Part shown: positions 46,257 to 49,834 of the stretch, piece by piece
Position numbering within the stretch: the stretch's first letter is position 1
How the letters are laid out: each line of letters opens with the position of its first letter
From: Escherichia phage UP30
Reading direction: 5' to 3' (one strand)
DNA: 49,834 bases
Sequence record: OX638287
Translations under genes and position numbers: made by a program
Notes under the pieces: model-generated
Seen by the model: the letters and a program-made list of their open reading frames with translations, nothing else
Told to the model about the DNA's origin: nothing
Database searches by the model: none

Positions 46257-46458
46257 GAATATAATCTTCGTCGTCCTCATGAGTATCATCACCAGGTAAC
46301 TCAAAATTGGGATCGTATTCGCTTTCGGCATCCATATCCATATTTCCCAAAGCCTCGTCAAGCGTAATTTCTTTATATGCAACCTTGATACACCATTCAG
46401 CACCAAGCCCGGCATCAAGAGCGGCAAAATAACGAGTCCAGAAATTATCCTGTTCCAT
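46249..46458 (-). CDS. small acidic protein (69 aa) with SSB-tail-like C-terminus DEDYIPW
   Basis: ATG 46458 after GGAG; many Asp/Glu; stop embedded in box. Confidence 0.5.
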   Translation of the reverse strand: MEQDNFWTRYFAALDAGLGAEWCIKVAYKEITLDEALGNMDMDAESEYDPNFELPGDDTHEDDEDYIPW

Positions 46459-46462
46459 TAAA

Positions 46463-46687
46463 TTAACTCCATGAATTAATGTAAATTGAGTTAGCCTCAA
46501 GCGTTGCGCGGACGTCGGCATCTGTTGCATTTACTAAGCGCGAGCCTGGCGTGCTGCCAATAACGTTATTACCGTTGCGAGTTTTAGTTACCGTCATTGA
46601 AATAAAACCGGAAGACTTATCCATTTTAATAACTACACGACCTTTAGCGTTCAGGTGCTTGATGATATTCTCAACTTTAATGCTCAT
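46463..46687 (-). CDS. hypothetical protein (74 aa)
   Basis: ATG 46687 after promoter module and AAAGGA RBS. Confidence 0.5.
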   Translation of the reverse strand: MSIKVENIIKHLNAKGRVVIKMDKSSGFISMTVTKTRNGNNVIGSTPGSRLVNATDADVRATLEANSIYINSWS

Positions 46688-46715
46688 TTCTAATTCCTTT
46701 GTTTCGTTTGGTGTG

Positions 46716-46767
46716 GGAGTAATATATATCACTCCCGATTGTATGTCTTTAGCAATTCGTGCTATCA
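46716..46767 (-). promoter_or_regulatory. promoter module (minus strand)
   Basis: Minus-sense tagcacgaattgcta; gggagTGATATATAttactccc. Confidence 0.5.
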
Positions 46768-46908
46768 GTACTCAGAAATTACTTTGCACTCTTTGATTGT
46801 TCCACCCAAAACTACTTTCTGCATCATTGCTTTTTGGTGGCTATCGTAAACGCGAACATTTTTTACGCTATTAAATTTACCCGTATAGAAGGTGTGAATA
46901 TAAATCAT
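46765..46908 (-). CDS. putative small protein (47 aa)
   Basis: ATGA coupling with upstream stop; stop TGA abuts box; below ORF-track cutoff. Confidence 0.3.
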   Translation of the reverse strand: MIYIHTFYTGKFNSVKNVRVYDSHQKAMMQKVVLGGTIKECKVISEY

Positions 46909-47225
46909 TTTTTACCGTCCCACGTTTGATATGCTGTAACCAGGTTGATGCTATGGTCGAACTCGTCAATGCTCAGCGATCCGATTCGAACCAGTTCTTT
47001 GTCATGCTTAATATCAATCATCCGGCTATATGGATGACCTGGCACATATTTAAATAGTCTCTTGCTGTCGGCAATATCAGCGTTGATTCCATAGAATCGG
47101 CCTACTGCCGCCTTCACGCGTTCCATGATGTTTTTTTCGTGGATTGCAGCCGCGTTATTCAATGCCGCGACAGTGCTCCCGTTAATCTTCGGTGACTTGG
47201 TTGTGATCTTGTAAGTGTGGTTCAT
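46905..47225 (-). CDS. hypothetical protein (106 aa)
   Basis: ATG 47225 after GGGGGAATA RBS (in-frame within ORF 46905-47291). Confidence 0.5.
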   Translation of the reverse strand: MNHTYKITTKSPKINGSTVAALNNAAAIHEKNIMERVKAAVGRFYGINADIADSKRLFKYVPGHPYSRMIDIKHDKELVRIGSLSIDEFDHSINLVTAYQTWDGKK

Positions 47226-47241
47226 TATTCCCCCTAACCGT

Positions 47242-47442
47242 TCAGGATAGCTTTTGTGCTTCGTAAATGATAACAGGTTCAAGACGTTCAAGTCGAACGC
47301 GGAACGTGTTCATGAATCCTTCGTTGTTCTTCAGCGATTCGAAGGCGTCTGTAGCTTCGATTGCGCTATCCCCCATGTAGGCAACTACGCTCTTTTGCGT
47401 CTCTCGCGAGATCGCAACAACTCGGTAGATATAATCACTCAT
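47242..47442 (-). CDS. hypothetical protein (66 aa)
   Basis: ATG 47442 after AAGGAGG RBS. Confidence 0.5.
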   Translation of the reverse strand: MSDYIYRVVAISRETQKSVVAYMGDSAIEATDAFESLKNNEGFMNTFRVRLERLEPVIIYEAQKLS

Positions 47443-47806
47443 ACAATGCCTCCTTAACACGATCCGCAATGCAGGAGTTTACGGTGATTGAGTAGTTCGC
47501 CACTCCCCACAGTGCAATATTTCCTAACTCAGTGCGCATAGATGGATTGTTAAGCTGAATGATTGTTTCTCCAGTATCGTTATCGACGAAGCGAGATACT
47601 CCTAAATGGTCCACCACGCGCGTTACTCTGTTCACACACTCCATTGCATCACTTACACCATAATAGGCGCTCAGAGCGGCTCTCACAGCCTTCTCTTGCT
47701 TGTTGTAAATCTTGCGCGCGATGTTATCGATCGCTACGTGCTCTTTCTCGTCAGTCTGGATTGCCGTGCTTGCTGTGAAGTCCAGGTCAGTGAACTGCTT
47801 AAACAT
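47435..47806 (-). CDS. hypothetical protein (123 aa)
   Basis: ATG 47806 after full promoter module and leader. Confidence 0.55.
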   Translation of the reverse strand: MFKQFTDLDFTASTAIQTDEKEHVAIDNIARKIYNKQEKAVRAALSAYYGVSDAMECVNRVTRVVDHLGVSRFVDNDTGETIIQLNNPSMRTELGNIALWGVANYSITVNSCIADRVKEALYE

Positions 47807-47831
47807 GATTCTTTCCTCATTTGCTGTTGAT

Positions 47832-47880
47832 GGGATGACTATACCAGCCATCCCGGATGCGCGTTTAGCAATTCGTGCTA
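47832..47880 (-). promoter_or_regulatory. promoter module (minus strand)
   Basis: Minus-sense tagcacgaattgctaaac; gggatggcTGGTATAGTcatccc. Confidence 0.55.
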
Positions 47881-48216
47881 TTAAGCAATATCGAACTCAG
47901 CGGCATATGCTTCCTTGAAGCCAGCTTCACGCATGGTGCGCTTGCTGATTTTGCGCTGGAATTTGTACTGGCTGTTAGGCATAACCCACCAGAAGCAGGC
48001 AGTTTCACGAACGATTTCATATTTACCGTAACGGGTGAAGGTGTCGCGTTCCATATCCGGCTGATTTACACAGGTCAGGAATTTAGCTGCCTTGTCTTCA
48101 GTTTTGATTTCTTCCCACACGAAGGAATCCATACCGTTAACCTTGCAAGCTACCATGATGTACTCAACGCCGTTTTCGATTTTGATGATTTCGTTACCGC
48201 GATTTTCGTATTTCAT
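47881..48216 (-). CDS. hypothetical protein (111 aa)
   Basis: ORF after promoter module; stop overlaps next box. Confidence 0.55.
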   Translation of the reverse strand: MKYENRGNEIIKIENGVEYIMVACKVNGMDSFVWEEIKTEDKAAKFLTCVNQPDMERDTFTRYGKYEIVRETACFWWVMPNSQYKFQRKISKRTMREAGFKEAYAAEFDIA

Positions 48217-48249
48217 TTTCCTGTTCCTGATGTGTATCTCGTTTCGATG

Positions 48250-48298
48250 AGGTAATTATGCCAAATCACACCGATCGAGTTTTAACAAAAAGTGCTAT
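48250..48298 (-). promoter_or_regulatory. promoter module (minus strand)
   Basis: Minus-sense tagcactttttgttaaaac; ggtgtgatttgGCATAATtacctc. Confidence 0.5.
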
Positions 48299-48986
48299 TT
48301 GCGATCGCTTTGAAAAATCCCCTGGGTGATAGCGATCGTATCAGCTTGGTCTTTGCAGACTTGCCGCCCAGCTTGTTCTGCTGCGCAGAGTACCCGTCAG
48401 GCAGATTTACTGGTTTTCTCTCCGGCATGACAAAGTCATCCGAGGTCCACAGGCACGTCTTCTTCGGGTAAGCATCGCGCGGCGCAATATACATCGGGAA
48501 CCAGGGGTGTACGTCATTCTCCGGTAGATAGCCGCCATACTCCCAGGGGTCGAAAGTGTGGTCAGCTTTACGCCAGGCAGATGAAAGAACGCTCACCGGA
48601 TTCTCAATGATGTAAGTCACGCCCAGGCTATCGCCAATGTTCGCAGCAATCCGGGCGGTGGCAACAGCTTTCTCCTGGAATAGCGGATCACGTTCACGCT
48701 TGCTGGCAAAATGACGAGCGCCGCTAACAGCCAGGTCAGTGCACGGCGGGAATGCCATAATGAAATCCGGCTTGCCATACACACCCGCGATCGCATCTCG
48801 CTCGAACTTCTCACCAATGAAGACGTTCACATACTCAATATTCGGATGCTCCACCCGGGCATTGTGCTTTGCATAATCTCCGTGATCGGCTCCGTCAAAG
48901 TTGAAGCACATCACCTTATAGCCTTGCTTTGCCAGTTCATGACCAGCCAGGCCGGAACCGTCGAATAGTGACCAGATTAATTTCAT
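48282..48986 (-). CDS. DNA (cytosine-5)-methyltransferase-like protein
   Basis: LFDGSG (motif I-like), PPCTDLAVSG (Pro-Cys motif IV-like), IIENPV (ENV-like); ATG 48986. Confidence 0.5.
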   Translation of the reverse strand: MKLIWSLFDGSGLAGHELAKQGYKVMCFNFDGADHGDYAKHNARVEHPNIEYVNVFIGEKFERDAIAGVYGKPDFIMAFPPCTDLAVSGARHFASKRERDPLFQEKAVATARIAANIGDSLGVTYIIENPVSVLSSAWRKADHTFDPWEYGGYLPENDVHPWFPMYIAPRDAYPKKTCLWTSDDFVMPERKPVNLPDGYSAQQNKLGGKSAKTKLIRSLSPRGFFKAIANSTFC

Positions 48987-49022
48987 TTGTTGCATTCTCC
49001 TGATTAACCTTATCGCTTACCC

Positions 49023-49148
49023 TTATCGCTTACCCTGACCGTTGCAAGCCGGACACGTGATTCGCTGCATTGTCCAGACTCCAGTGAATAAAGGAACCAG
49101 GGTAAATCCACGACCAGCGCACTGACTACAAACCTGTTTAACTTTCAT
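49023..49148 (-). CDS. putative small zinc-ribbon protein (41 aa; CSQC...CPAC)
   Basis: ATG 49148 after CCAATCAGAAGAGGAAG leader, in-frame within ORF 49023-49217. Confidence 0.4.
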   Translation of the reverse strand: MKVKQVCSQCAGRGFTLVPLFTGVWTMQRITCPACNGQGKR

Positions 49149-49164
49149 TGCTGCTTCCTCTTCT

Positions 49165-49227
49165 GATTGGTTGATGTGATGAATCATACCCTGCCAACCT
49201 GGTCCAGTCGTTAGCAAAAAATGCTAT
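49165..49227 (-). promoter_or_regulatory. promoter module (minus strand)
   Basis: Minus-sense atagcattttttgctaac; TATGAT; CCAATCAGAAGAGG leader. Confidence 0.45.
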
Positions 49228-49413
49228 TCCAATAATTGCTTATTATTCCATCAATGCTGGAATAGGTGGAATAATTTTGATTCCGATTGATTGCAAATGA
49301 TGAAACATGATTATTGCATGGTGTGCAACAGTTGGTTGATTTATTGCTGAGATTACAATGATTGTGAGAGGGAGGATCTAGTGTTACCCGGTTCGCCTGG
49401 TAGTCATCTCCAT
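49228..49413 (-). ncRNA. candidate non-coding transcript between two minus-oriented dyad boxes
   Basis: No ORF >21 aa on either strand; bracketed by boxes; ATTCC/GGAAT repeat cluster. Confidence 0.2.
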
Positions 49414-49434
49414 TTTTAGCAAAAAGTGCTACCG
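49414..49434 (-). promoter_or_regulatory. dyad box without adjacent ORF
   Basis: Minus-sense tagcactttttgctaaaa; next 190 nt leftward have no ORF >21 aa. Confidence 0.4.
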
Positions 49435-49521
49435 ATTACACTTTAACTTGTCACTGCTGTAATATTTGTCTAGAATCACACTTGTGACAAAATTACGCAC
49501 TGTGACACCTCACAATATACA

Positions 49522-49552
49522 TATAGATATATGTATCTATATAATATATATA
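49522..49552. repeat. AT-rich palindrome TATAGATA-N4-TATCTATA and 18-mer tctatataatatatatag shared with 30596-30613
   Basis: Exact 18-mer at 49535-49552 and 30596-30613. Confidence 0.55.
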
Positions 49553-49834
49553 GTATTTTTTTTATTTATATATATAGATAATTATATTGTAATAATTGTG
49601 TATAGTTGTCTTACATTGTCTAGCGTACTGTTGGCATATTTCTATCTGCATGTTTATATATACAGTACTTTTTTGAGAGCTATATATTTCTATATGGACT
49701 CTAGACAGCTAGACAAATGTTACACGGCTTAAAATCGGCTTGCAGGCATTGACAACTCTACGTCGCGCTGTCACAATGGCAATTGTTGACACGTTATGAC
49801 GCCATTTACACGCAAATAGACAAAGAGGATATAT

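Noticed and set aside
1-49834. Integrase, CI-like repressor or attachment site (temperate lifestyle)
   Set aside because: No tyrosine or serine recombinase motifs and no repressor/Cro pair seen; gene content fits a virulent phage. Not ruled out without homology searches.
1-49834. tRNA or other structured RNA genes
   Set aside because: No cloverleaf-like candidate noticed in the intergenic regions; a dedicated tRNA scan was not possible by eye.

Overview
This window reads as an essentially complete, circularly permuted genome (~49.8 kb) of a virulent T1-like siphovirus; everything below is from reading the sequence and ORF track by eye, with no searches or computations run. The last bases of the window supply an AGAGGA ribosome-binding site for the ATG at position 1, which is why I treat it as a full permuted genome. 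Layout: rightward early block of small genes (1-9038); rightward morphogenesis block (9123-29216: TerS, TerL, portal, head proteins, capsid, lambda-like tail genes G/GT, tape measure, M, L, K, I, J); leftward Cor-like lipoprotein operon (29244-30433); divergent control region (30434-30959); rightward exonuclease/Erf/SSB module (30960-33207); leftward tail fibre, primase and HTH protein (33236-36568); rightward helicase, VRR-NUC nuclease, Dam methylase, metallophosphatase and lysis cassette (36662-43573); leftward early block including a C5-methylase-like gene (43583-49148); and a 0.6-kb non-coding control region (49149-49834). No integrase, repressor, tRNA, rRNA or CRISPR array was seen. The most striking unexplained signal is a 19-bp dyad box (TAGCAC-N5-TGCTAAAAC) in about 27 intergenic copies, in two positional classes relative to the core promoters. 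Other candidates worth follow-up: two control regions sharing AT-rich and TGTCTA-type repeats, an acidic small protein with an SSB-tail-like C-terminus, a 321-aa protein co-operonic with the Cor-like lipoprotein, and a split phosphatase/kinase pair. Functional calls rest on motif recognition and gene order and need homology and structure searches to confirm.
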